Positions 1 to 9,209 of a stretch of DNA of 64,000 nt are shown here, piece after piece. Position 1 is the first letter of the stretch. Each line of letters begins with the position of its first letter. A program made the position numbers and the translations under genes. The DNA comes from Thermodesulfobacteriota bacterium. GTDB lineage: Bacteria; Desulfobacterota; Desulfobulbia; Desulfobulbales; SURF-16. The notes under the pieces were generated by a model. That model did not search any database and was not told the DNA's origin. It saw only the letters and a list, made by a program, of their open reading frames with translations. The DNA lies in NCBI GenBank assembly GCA_040755455.1, contig JBFMAY010000001.1, positions 224,001 to 288,000 of the forward strand. The letters are read 5' to 3'.

Positions 1-531
1 CCTCCTGTGTGGTCGTTCTCGTGTTGTGTATAGCGTAATTCCGGGTATTTGTGGGGACGAACAGTTGCTGTGTTTCCTGAGGTATCCGTACACGGGATGG
101 CCGAAAGCTCAGCCCTGAGCTGGGCTCCTAAGGCAGTAAGGCCGGGGTCACCTAAATCACCAAGCAATCCTGGTACATCATGGCCTTTGGGCCAGCCGGC
201 CGAATGATGATGATCTTTGAGGGCAAGTTCAGTCGCCACAAGTTGCCCGTAGGCCGCCAGCAAGGGCTGGTCGGAGTGTCTGGCGGACAAAAAAGCTCTT
301 CGATTCATCGTATGTGGCATATCGCTAACCCGACTGGTTTGCACGTTATCATATCATTCTATCGGCAACGGAGAAAAAGTTGTCGTTCAAATGAACTTCA
401 TTAATATATCTAGCTTGACATGACAATAGTAATAATCTAATCGGTTTTGTCGTGGTAGCTGAAACAAATAATTTCGCATAACGAAAAAAATGTTGTGGCA
501 GAAATATGACCGCTGCAATTCCATTCCCAAG

Positions 532-1908
532 CTACCACGCATAAACCAGCTCCAGGCCGAGCTGGTCGTTAGCGGCGTACCGGCCGAAGAGCGAGGGAGG
601 CGGGCCGTCGAGCACGAGGCCGGTGAGGCTCGTTTTCCAGGCGTCATTGATGACATACGTGAGGGAGGCTCTGAGCATGCCGGCGCCATGTTCGGGGTTG
701 TAGACCGGATTGACGGTGGTTTCCAGTTTCTGGTTCAGGAAGTAAATCCGGAGATTGACCCACAGGATGGTTTCGCAGGCGCGGTCGTAGAGGGTGCCGG
801 GCCGGTGGATGATGAGGGTCTGCTGGGCCTGCAGGGTGAGGATGACGTCCTCGACGAGGCGGTAGTCGGCCGCCAGGCCGTAGTCCAGGGTGTCCCTGGT
901 AAGCTCAATATCCGGCAGTTCGGTGACGCCGGCGGCGGGATGGGCCGGATAGCCCCACAGCTCCGGCCGCGGGTTGAAGCCCCGGTTGCAGGTGGCTGCC
1001 GCCTCGCCGCGCAGGCTCCAGTCTCCCAGCACGAGGGCACCGTCCAGGCCGAGGGAGGTGATGCGGTGAAAGGAGGGGATGAGCCCCGGATCAATGATTT
1101 TGCCGCTGCCTGTCTCAGCCACCCGCAGGGCCGTTGTTGCGAAGACCGGGCGCGGATCAAAACCGTGAAAGAGATTGATGGCCCAGTCGATGTCGCCCAA
1201 CCGCTGCAGGCGCAGGCCCAGGGAGCCATTGGCAATGGTCCTGGCCGGCAGCTCCGGCTCCCCCATGATTAGCTCCGCGCCGGGCGAGTCTGGGAACAGC
1301 GCCTTTGCCGACACCACGGCCCACCGTTCATCCGGGTCTGCCAGACGGTAGGGCACCTGCCACGGCGCCCAGACCAGCTGGTAATTCCACTCCTCCCTGT
1401 TGAGGCCGGCGGAGATGGCGGGCACGCCGATCTTGCGCTCTTCCAGGGGGTTGACGATGAACTGCCGGTAATCCCAGGGGTTGAACAGATCGTTCACCGG
1501 GAACTCGTCCAGCCGGCCCCAGGAAAAACGCTGGATGCCGACCCGCCAGTCGATGTCGGCAAGCGTTCGCTCACCAAACAGCTCCTTGACCTCCAGATAC
1601 GGGGTGTTGTCCTGATACACCTCATCCGGATTTTTGAGCAAATCGTGGTCCTGCCGGGGGCCGCGCACCGTGCCGTCCCAACCCCCTTCCAGCCAGAGAT
1701 GCAGCCTTCCCGCCGCTTTCTCCGCGTCAACCATCAGCCTGCCAACGAAACTTGGCTCCTCGCGGGTGCTGTCCCGATTCGTGGCATATGGGACCGTGAG
1801 CTTCAGCCGGCCGGCCGCGCTGATCCCCTCGGCGCCGCACAGGGGCGGGGCCGGGCCGAGGGCCATGAGGAACAGCAGCGAAAGATATTTTGCAACTATC
1901 CGGATCAT
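532..1908 (-). CDS. Outer-membrane beta-barrel/porin-like protein (DUF1302-like)
   Basis: Signal peptide, amphipathic beta-strand pattern, C-terminal aromatic ending (LELVYAW); last gene of the ABC/LolA-like operon. Confidence 0.6.
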   Translation of the reverse strand: MIRIVAKYLSLLFLMALGPAPPLCGAEGISAAGRLKLTVPYATNRDSTREEPSFVGRLMVDAEKAAGRLHLWLEGGWDGTVRGPRQDHDLLKNPDEVYQDNTPYLEVKELFGERTLADIDWRVGIQRFSWGRLDEFPVNDLFNPWDYRQFIVNPLEERKIGVPAISAGLNREEWNYQLVWAPWQVPYRLADPDERWAVVSAKALFPDSPGAELIMGEPELPARTIANGSLGLRLQRLGDIDWAINLFHGFDPRPVFATTALRVAETGSGKIIDPGLIPSFHRITSLGLDGALVLGDWSLRGEAAATCNRGFNPRPELWGYPAHPAAGVTELPDIELTRDTLDYGLAADYRLVEDVILTLQAQQTLIIHRPGTLYDRACETILWVNLRIYFLNQKLETTVNPVYNPEHGAGMLRASLTYVINDAWKTSLTGLVLDGPPPSLFGRYAANDQLGLELVYAW

Positions 1909-1972
1909 GTGAAAAACGGCGGAAGTCTCTGGCCGCGATCATTACAGACGGTCGAATAGTTACGACATTTTC

Positions 1973-2776
1973 TCATTTTCCCGCCCGTTCAAGGGAGCGC
2001 TGGGTAAAGAGGTCGTCGTCGAAGCGGGTATGATAGCGGATCTCTTCGATGGTCAGTCCGGTCCGGTGGCCGGTTTTGACGTTTTCCATCATGGCCTTAA
2101 ACGGCGTGGGGATGTCGTCGATGATCCGCACGTCGGAAAAGGTCCCCTGGCGGTAGAGCTGTTTGTCCTGATAGTATTCGATCTTGACATGCACCCACTG
2201 ATCCTTGGCCACCCAGGCCACGTAGCGGCTCCATTTGCGGCGGACCTTGGGCTCCACCTCGATCACCTGGCAGGCCATGCCGTCCACCGTCTCCTCGCGG
2301 AGAATGGTGAAGCGGTAATCGTCGAGATTGGGCGGACCGCCGAAATCATCGTAGGAAAAGTCGGTGCCGAAGAAGGAATCATCCTGGGAGCTGGTGGGGA
2401 TGCGCCGGATGCGTTTGAATTCCGGGAAGTAGGCCCACAGGTCCCGGTCCGCGAAGCTGCGGGCGTGGACGAGAAAGCCCACATCCTTCAGATCCGGCGG
2501 GGTCTGGAAAACCACCAGCACCTTGTAGGTTTCTCCTTCGCCCTTCTTGCTGTATTCGATCAGGGTGCGGGTGCGGGTGCCGCCGCCCCGGTCAAAGAGG
2601 GTCATGGTGGCCCGGGTCTGCCGGTCAAGGGCTTTTGTCCGCACCTCGTGCACCTTTTCATACACCTCCCGGCCGGTCATGGCCTGGGCCGCCGGCGTAT
2701 TGCCAAACAGAATCATCGCGGCCATGAACCAGGTACAAATCCGCCATCCGCAATCCCAAATCCGCAATCTACTCAT
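1973..2776 (-). CDS. Outer membrane lipoprotein-sorting protein (LolA-like)
   Basis: Motifs FQTPPDLKDVGFL, W.YFP..KRIRRI, SFFGTDFSYDD and FTQRSL typical of the LolA_like family. Confidence 0.8.
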   Translation of the reverse strand: MSRLRIWDCGWRICTWFMAAMILFGNTPAAQAMTGREVYEKVHEVRTKALDRQTRATMTLFDRGGGTRTRTLIEYSKKGEGETYKVLVVFQTPPDLKDVGFLVHARSFADRDLWAYFPEFKRIRRIPTSSQDDSFFGTDFSYDDFGGPPNLDDYRFTILREETVDGMACQVIEVEPKVRRKWSRYVAWVAKDQWVHVKIEYYQDKQLYRQGTFSDVRIIDDIPTPFKAMMENVKTGHRTGLTIEEIRYHTRFDDDLFTQRSLERAGK

Positions 2777-5357
2777 AGGTCAGCGCCTCCACGATATTGG
2801 TTGCCGCGGCCCGTTGCGCTGGATAAAGGCCGGCCATGGCCGACAGCCCGGCGGCCAGCAGCATGGCCCAGGCCATGGCCCCATAATGCAGGTGATAGGT
2901 TATGCTGGCGCCGAAATCAAGCCGGAAGACGCCTTCGAGCTCGATCCAGCCGATCAGCACGCCGGTGGCGATTCCCAGGGCACCGCCCGCCGCGCCGATG
3001 AGGATTGATTCGATGATCACCACCGCCGACACCTGGTTTTTCTGCATGCCGATCCCGCGCAGGATGCCGATCTCCCGGGTCCGCTCCAGCACCGAGGCGA
3101 GCAGGGTGATGATAATGCCCAGGCCCGCGATGATGAGGGTGAGGATGTTCACCGCGTTGGTCAGCACAAAGGAGCGGTCCAGCATCTTCTGCACCTCGAC
3201 CTTAAACTCTGCGGCCGGCAGGGCGAAGAGCCGGCGCTCGCCGCCGAAGCGGGCCAGGATCGCCTCGCGTGCCGCGGCAATGTCCCGGCCCGGCTGCACC
3301 AGCACTTCAAAGGTGTCGACCAGCTGGTCCTGCCAATGGCGGCGGTAGGTGGTGACGTCCATCCAGATGGCGCCAGAATCCGAGGTGTAGCTGACGACAA
3401 TGGCGGTCACCCCGAAGGGCACCGGCCCGGCCGGGGTGGGCAGCACAATGGTGTCGCCGGGTTTGATGGCGTGCTTGACGGCAAAACCTTCGTTCACCAC
3501 GATATTGTCCCGGCCCGGCAGGCGGAGCATGTCCTCCCGGCTGCCCTGGGTGATCATGGCCGGGCAGTATTCCAGCCGCCGCGCCACATCAAAGATTTCC
3601 AGCAGCACCTTTTTGCCCTCATAGTTCAGGTATCCTTTGCGGAACGGCTCAACCGAGAGGACGCCGGCCACCTTTTCCATCTCCTGCTGCATGTCGCCCG
3701 GCATGGGGATGGTGGGGGAGCCGCCCGTGGCCAGGGGATGGCCGGTGCTGACCAGGATATCGGCCCGGATGATGGAATCGATCCAGTCAAACATCGACCG
3801 CCGCACGCTGCTGATGGCGTTGGCCGAGCTGACAAAGAGGGCGATACTGCAGAGAATGGCGGCCACGGCCACCCCGTTTCTGGAGACGTTTTTCTGCAGA
3901 TTGAGCCCGGCCAGCCTCCCCTGAGCCCCGAAACAGGCGGCAAGCGCTCCGTGACACAGGGGCACGATGCGGCGCAGGAGCAGCGGCGTGCAGAGCGAGA
4001 TGCCGAGCAGCAGGAAAATGGCGGACGCCATGATGACGCCGAGGCTGCGCACGGCTGAGGCGGGTTCCGCGCTTTCAAAGACGGCGAAGATCACAACGGC
4101 CGCCAGCAGGCTGAGAGCGGAGGCGATTTTAATTTTTCTGCCGAGCAGGGAGCTCTCTGCCGAATAGGGCAGGCTGCGAATGGCCGAGGCCGGGGTGAGA
4201 CGGGTGCCGGCCAGGGCCGGCAGGATTGCTGCGGTCAGACTGGCCAGCACGCCGGTGGCCCCATTGCCGAGCACGGCCCGCCAGGAAAAGGCGAGCTCGG
4301 TGACCGAGGTTCGGAGGTACATGTCCGAGACGCTCTGGGCCACCAGGTCCACGGTGGCGCGGGCGAAGATGTAGCCAAGGCCCGCGCCGAGGAGCGAGGC
4401 GACAGCGGCGATGAGCAGGGTTTCCGTCAGGAAGAGACGAAATATTTCCGCCCGGCTGGCACCGAGGGCCCGCAGGATGCCGATTTCCTTGCGCCGCTGC
4501 ACCACGGTGATGGAGACCGTGTTGTAAATGAGATACATGCCGACAAAGAGCGCCATGCAGCTGATGAAGCCCATGCTCTTGCGAAAGCGGCTGAGCAGGA
4601 CCTCGACCTGTCTGGTGCGGGCCGCCGGGGTGTCGATGCTGTAGCCTGCGGGCAGCACCTGGCGGATGCGCTCCTGCATGGTGTCAAAATTTTCACCGGG
4701 CAGCAGGCTGACATCGATGCGGTCGATGCGACCCTCCTTGCCGAAGGCCATCTGGGCCGCATAGATATCCATCACCGCAATGTCGCCGCCCGCCACCCTG
4801 GCCGGGCCTGCCGGGTTAAGCAGCCCGCGCACCTGAAAGGTCCTGAGGCCGGCCACGGTCTGCATCTCGATCTGCTGATCGATATCGATTCCTTCTTGGG
4901 CCGCCATGGTTCGGGTGAGCAGGATGGAGTCGCGCCGGGCGAGAAAGAGCAGGGGATCGGGGATGTCGGCGCTCTCGTCGGTGATGCTGTAATCGCGGAT
5001 CTGGTGGTCCTGCAGCACGTCGATGCCGAGGATCATCAGCGCCCGCTGCCGGCCGCCGGAGAGGCTGGCGGTGGCCTCGATGACCGGCACGGCATACTCA
5101 ACTCCGGCCACGTTCTGCACCCGTTCGAGCATGGCTTCGGGAAAGCCGGATTCCGCGCCGGTGATCTGCAGAGTGGCCCGGCCGGTGATGTGGTTGATCG
5201 AATCCTCAAACGAGCAGAGCACGCTGCGGTTGGCCAGATCGATGGCCACCATGGCCGCCACCCCCAGGCAGATGCCGGCCATGGCCATGACGAGCTGCGC
5301 CTTCTGCAGTCTGACATGTTTCAGGCTGACGTGGCGCAGGAGATTGGCAAGGTTCAT
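2769..5357 (-). CDS. ABC transporter permease, double FtsX/MacB-type
   Basis: 862 aa; two R..EIGILRA/GIG FtsX motifs; multiple TM segments; start overlaps the ATPase stop. Confidence 0.9.
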   Translation of the reverse strand: MNLANLLRHVSLKHVRLQKAQLVMAMAGICLGVAAMVAIDLANRSVLCSFEDSINHITGRATLQITGAESGFPEAMLERVQNVAGVEYAVPVIEATASLSGGRQRALMILGIDVLQDHQIRDYSITDESADIPDPLLFLARRDSILLTRTMAAQEGIDIDQQIEMQTVAGLRTFQVRGLLNPAGPARVAGGDIAVMDIYAAQMAFGKEGRIDRIDVSLLPGENFDTMQERIRQVLPAGYSIDTPAARTRQVEVLLSRFRKSMGFISCMALFVGMYLIYNTVSITVVQRRKEIGILRALGASRAEIFRLFLTETLLIAAVASLLGAGLGYIFARATVDLVAQSVSDMYLRTSVTELAFSWRAVLGNGATGVLASLTAAILPALAGTRLTPASAIRSLPYSAESSLLGRKIKIASALSLLAAVVIFAVFESAEPASAVRSLGVIMASAIFLLLGISLCTPLLLRRIVPLCHGALAACFGAQGRLAGLNLQKNVSRNGVAVAAILCSIALFVSSANAISSVRRSMFDWIDSIIRADILVSTGHPLATGGSPTIPMPGDMQQEMEKVAGVLSVEPFRKGYLNYEGKKVLLEIFDVARRLEYCPAMITQGSREDMLRLPGRDNIVVNEGFAVKHAIKPGDTIVLPTPAGPVPFGVTAIVVSYTSDSGAIWMDVTTYRRHWQDQLVDTFEVLVQPGRDIAAAREAILARFGGERRLFALPAAEFKVEVQKMLDRSFVLTNAVNILTLIIAGLGIIITLLASVLERTREIGILRGIGMQKNQVSAVVIIESILIGAAGGALGIATGVLIGWIELEGVFRLDFGASITYHLHYGAMAWAMLLAAGLSAMAGLYPAQRAAATNIVEALTYE

Positions 5358-6043
5358 GGGTTGTCGCCTCCGATGACGATGTCCTGGTCCGGCGCGCCGT
5401 CTTTTAAGGTGATGATGCGGCTGCCGTAGGCCGCGGCCTTGGGGTCATGGGTCACCATGACGATGGTCTGGCCCTGGTCATTGAGGGATTTCAGCAGCAG
5501 GAAGATCTCCTCGCTGGTATGGGAATCGAGATTGCCGGTGGGCTCGTCGGCCAGAATCACGGCCGGACCCGTGATCAGGGCCCGGGCAATGGCCACCCGC
5601 TGCATCTCGCCACCGGAAAGCTGTTCCGGCCGGTGCTCGGCCCGTTCCTTGAGCCCGACCTTGTCCAGCAGGGCCGCAGCCCTTGGTTTGACCTCACTGA
5701 AGGGCAGGCCGTCGAGCAGCAGCGGCAGGCCAACGTTCTCCTCGGCGGTGAGCAGCGGCAGCAGGTTGAAGAACTGGAAGATGTATCCGACCCGCCGTCT
5801 GCGAATCAGGGTGAGCTCGTTGTCCGTGATGCCGTGCAGCGGGCGGGAGTCGATAAAGACCTCGCCGCTGGTGGGCTGGTCGAGGCCGCCCATGAGGTTC
5901 AGCAGGGTGCTCTTGCCCGAGCCGCTCGGCCCCATGATGCTTAAGAATTCCCCCTTGTTGATGACAAAGGAAACATCCCGCAGGGCCCGGACCTCCCGGC
6001 TGCCCTGCTGGTATGTCTTGCCGGCATTCCGTAATTCGATCAT
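5354..6043 (-). CDS. ABC transporter ATP-binding protein (LolD/MacB-like)
   Basis: Walker A GPSGSGKS, signature LSGGE, Walker [13 protein letters not shown]-loop VTHD. Confidence 0.95.
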   Translation of the reverse strand: MIELRNAGKTYQQGSREVRALRDVSFVINKGEFLSIMGPSGSGKSTLLNLMGGLDQPTSGEVFIDSRPLHGITDNELTLIRRRRVGYIFQFFNLLPLLTAEENVGLPLLLDGLPFSEVKPRAAALLDKVGLKERAEHRPEQLSGGEMQRVAIARALITGPAVILADEPTGNLDSHTSEEIFLLLKSLNDQGQTIVMVTHDPKAAAYGSRIITLKDGAPDQDIVIGGDNP

Positions 6044-6076
6044 GATATACCTCGCTTCTGTTGGGCGGCTGGGCCG

Positions 6077-6625
6077 CTATTTTTCTTGAACGATTGCCGC
6101 CTTGATCTTTGCCTCGCAGAGCGTGAGCCACCGGATGTCCGCCTCGGCGTGGAAGAGGCCCGCGTCAATGAGCAGTTCGCTGACCAGGGCGCCGTTGCCG
6201 GCCCCTCCGTTTTTCATGGCCAGCTTGCGTTGGGTGAGACGGTTCATCTGTTTCAGGTGCAGGGTTTTCTGCTTGTCGATCAGGGCCAGCACCGGGGCAG
6301 GATCGCTTTTGACCATGAAGACGAGCTTGATGAAGAACTCATCGCGCAGGGCCCGGATTCTGGTGACCGGCGTGGCCAGCCACTGGGTCAGTTCCTGCCT
6401 GCCCTCCGGGGTGATGCGGAAGATCTTCCGGTCCGGCCGCTTCTCCTGAGCCTCGCGGTCATGGGTGACAAATCCGTCCTTTTCCAGCCGGTCCAGGGTG
6501 GAATAGATCTGGCCGTAATTCAGGCTCCAGAACTCGCCGACCTTTTCGTCAAAGCTGCTTTTGAGGTCGTAGCCGTGCAGGTTGCCCTCGGCCAGGATGC
6601 CGAGGATGGCATATTTAATGGACAT
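6077..6625 (-). CDS. PadR family transcriptional regulator
   Basis: [16 protein letters not shown]...[13 protein letters not shown]...RK.FRIT.EGR; start taken at MSIKY. Confidence 0.9.
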   Translation of the reverse strand: MSIKYAILGILAEGNLHGYDLKSSFDEKVGEFWSLNYGQIYSTLDRLEKDGFVTHDREAQEKRPDRKIFRITPEGRQELTQWLATPVTRIRALRDEFFIKLVFMVKSDPAPVLALIDKQKTLHLKQMNRLTQRKLAMKNGGAGNGALVSELLIDAGLFHAEADIRWLTLCEAKIKAAIVQEK

Positions 6626-6643
6626 GGTTGTAATCCTTTGCGA

Positions 6644-6685
6644 ATATATAAAAGTATATATACAAAAAGGAATAGGGGGTGTCAA
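6644..6685 (-). promoter_or_regulatory. Probable padR promoter with palindromic operator
   Basis: TTGACA on the minus strand at 6680-6685; perfect inverted repeat ATATATA-aaag-TATATAT at 6644-6661 overlapping the -10 region. Confidence 0.5.
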
Positions 6686-6844
6686 CAGGAGATCTTCTGC
6701 TCATGCCGCCCGCCGGTCTTTCCGGTTGCCGCTCCGCCGCTGATCTGTTATAGGAAAAAATTACTTCGCGCAGTCCGGCGCCGCCGGAACGTTTTCCATA
6801 AACCCATGCCCCGCAAACGGGGTCAATCCCGCTATTTTCAGCCC

Positions 6845-7888
6845 GTGCATATTCTTATTGTCAAAACAAGCGCCATCGGCGATGTCATCCATACCCTGCC
6901 GGCCCTCCACAGCCTGCGCCGTCATTATCCCGAGGCCCGTATCGACTGGCTGATTGAAGAGGCGGCGGCGGACATAATCGCCGGACATCCGGCCCTTGAC
7001 CGGCTGCTGGTGTCCAAAAGAAAACGCTGGGTGCAGGCCCTGCGCCGCGGACCAAACCGGCTGCAGGCCTGGCGGGAGCTGTGGGCCTTTATCCGGGAGC
7101 TGCGCGCCACCCGCTATGATCTGCTCATTGATTTCCAGGGGCTGCTCAAGAGCGGCATGCTGGTGGCCGCAAGCCGGGCTGCGCGCAAGGTGGGTTTCGG
7201 CCGGGGCATGGAACATGCCGAATGCAGCTACATCTTTCTCAACGAAAAGGTTCCGGCGGTGGATATGAACATCCATGCCGTGCGGCGCGGGCTCATGCTG
7301 CTCGAGGGCATCGGCATCAAAACCGACGAGGTGGTCTTTGATCTGCCGCTTGGCCCGGAGCATTTCCGCCAGGTTGAGTCACTGCTGCGCGCCAGGGGGA
7401 TAGCCGACCCGTCCATGGTCGTGCCGATCAATCCGGTGGCCACCTGGCCGACCAAACTGTGGGATAACGCCGGTTTTGCCCAGGTCGCCGATTGGGTCGC
7501 CGGCCAGGGCAGGCAGGTGGTTTTCACCGGCGGCAAGGGTGACCGGCCGGTCATTGACGCGATCATTGCCCGCATGCACCAGCCGGCGGTGAATCTTGCC
7601 GGGGAAACCACCTTGAAGACCTTGGCCGCCCTGTACCGCAGTGCCCGGCTGGTGATTTCCACTGACACCGGCCCCATGCATCTTGCCGCCGCGGTTGGCA
7701 CGCCGGTGGTGGCGGTTTTCGGCTCCACAGCCCCCTGGCGCACCGGCCCGTATGGCGAGGGGCATCAGGTGGTCCGCCTTGATCTGCCCTGCAGCCCCTG
7801 TCTGAAAAGGGAATGCGACCACCGGCGCTGCATGAATGACCTGGCCCCGGAGCTGGTGATCAACGCCCTCCAACGTCTTCTTTCTTAA
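6845..7888 (+). CDS. waaC: Lipopolysaccharide heptosyltransferase I (GT9)
   Basis: GTG start; ILIVKTSAIGDVIHTLPAL, DFQGLLKS, DTGPMHLAAA motifs. Confidence 0.8.
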   Translation: MHILIVKTSAIGDVIHTLPALHSLRRHYPEARIDWLIEEAAADIIAGHPALDRLLVSKRKRWVQALRRGPNRLQAWRELWAFIRELRATRYDLLIDFQGLLKSGMLVAASRAARKVGFGRGMEHAECSYIFLNEKVPAVDMNIHAVRRGLMLLEGIGIKTDEVVFDLPLGPEHFRQVESLLRARGIADPSMVVPINPVATWPTKLWDNAGFAQVADWVAGQGRQVVFTGGKGDRPVIDAIIARMHQPAVNLAGETTLKTLAALYRSARLVISTDTGPMHLAAAVGTPVVAVFGSTAPWRTGPYGEGHQVVRLDLPCSPCLKRECDHRRCMNDLAPELVINALQRLLS

Positions 7889-7982
7889 TAGTGTACAGCC
7901 GCATATTTTGTTGCGAGTGGGTACAACTACCTATAATTTTTTCTTGACTTTCTCCAGATAATACGTATTAAATAGGTAAGGT

Positions 7983-8013
7983 GCGACAAAATGCCACATG
8001 ACACATTGTGTCA
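7983..8013. promoter_or_regulatory. Tandem regulator sites upstream of the hydrogenase operon
   Basis: GCGACAAAATGCCAC (7983-7997) followed by the perfect palindrome TGACACA-t-TGTGTCA (7999-8013). Confidence 0.45.
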
Positions 8014-8096
8014 ACATCCTCGGGTGTTGATTTTTTGGTCTGCCTTTGTCCTGAACCGATTTCCGCAGCGCGGGTCACAGTAAAAAGGAGGTCCCC

Positions 8097-9185
8097 ATGC
8101 CGATAACAATTAACGAACTCGTCAACGAAAACCAGTGCAGCCGCCGCAGTTTTCTGAAGGCCTGCACCATTACCGCCGCGGCCCTTGGTCTTTCCGATGT
8201 AATGATCCCCAGGCTGGTCGAGGCGGCGGCTAATCCGCAGCGGCCGCCCGTGGTCTGGCTCCATTTTCAGGAGTGCACCGGCTGTACCGAGTCTCTGGTG
8301 AGGGGTTCGCATCCTGATATCGCCCGGCTCATTCTGGACATTATCTCCCTCGATTATCACGAGACACTCATGGCTGCCGCAGGCCATCAGGCTGAGAAGC
8401 AGCTCCATGAGACCATGGAAAAATATCAGGGCAAGTACCTGTGCGTCGTCGAGGGGGCCATCCCGACCAAGGACAAGGGCATCTACTGCAAGATCGCGGG
8501 CCGTACTGCCATGGATATCCTGGCCGAGGTGTCGTCGAAATCCGCCGCGGTCATCGCCATCGGCAGCTGCGCCACTTACGGCGGCATCCAGGCGGCGGCC
8601 CCCAATCCCACCGGCGCGGTGGGGGTGGGGGATCTGGTGCATAATGTGCCGGTCATCAATGTGTCGGGCTGTCCGCCCAACCCGATCGCTTTTCTCGGCA
8701 CAGTCCTGCATTATCTGACCTTCAAGCGGCTGCCGCCCACCGACCAGCTGGGACGGCCGCTCTTTGCCTATGGCCGCAAAATCCATGATCAGTGCGAAAG
8801 AAGGGCCCATTTCGACGAAGGCCGCTTTGCCGAGCAGTTCGGCGATGCAGGCCACCTGGCGGGCTACTGTCTGTATAAGGTCGGCTGCAAGGGTCCTGAA
8901 ACCTATGCCAACTGTCCGGCGGTGCGTTTTAATGATGTCGGGGTGTGGCCGGTCGGTGTCGGCCACGGCTGCATCGGCTGTACGGAACCGGGGTTCTGGG
9001 ACACCATGACCCCCTTCTATGAGCGACTGCCCAATGTGCCGATTCCCGGTGGCGGCGGCATTGTTGCCGAGGCTGAGAGCGCCGGCAAAAAGATCCTCGG
9101 CATTGCCGGCGCCGCGGTGGGCATCCACGCGGCCGTGGGCATCGGCAAACGGTTGATGCAAGGCAAGAGTGAAGAGAATAAATAG
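8097..9185 (+). CDS. [NiFe]-hydrogenase small subunit, Tat-exported and membrane-anchored (HybO-like)
   Basis: SRRSFLK Tat motif; ECTGCTES, GSCA, GCPP, HDQCERR, CLYKVGCKGP, HGCIGC Fe-S ligands; C-terminal TM helix; AGGAGG RBS. Confidence 0.95.
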   Translation: MPITINELVNENQCSRRSFLKACTITAAALGLSDVMIPRLVEAAANPQRPPVVWLHFQECTGCTESLVRGSHPDIARLILDIISLDYHETLMAAAGHQAEKQLHETMEKYQGKYLCVVEGAIPTKDKGIYCKIAGRTAMDILAEVSSKSAAVIAIGSCATYGGIQAAAPNPTGAVGVGDLVHNVPVINVSGCPPNPIAFLGTVLHYLTFKRLPPTDQLGRPLFAYGRKIHDQCERRAHFDEGRFAEQFGDAGHLAGYCLYKVGCKGPETYANCPAVRFNDVGVWPVGVGHGCIGCTEPGFWDTMTPFYERLPNVPIPGGGGIVAEAESAGKKILGIAGAAVGIHAAVGIGKRLMQGKSEENK

Positions 9186-9209
9186 CCCGGACAGCAAGGA
9201 GGTTGTATC

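Noticed and set aside
6086..6844. N-terminal extension of the 600-aa ORF (apparent fusion to WaaC)
   Set aside because: It overlaps padR antisense; GT9 similarity starts at GTG 6845.
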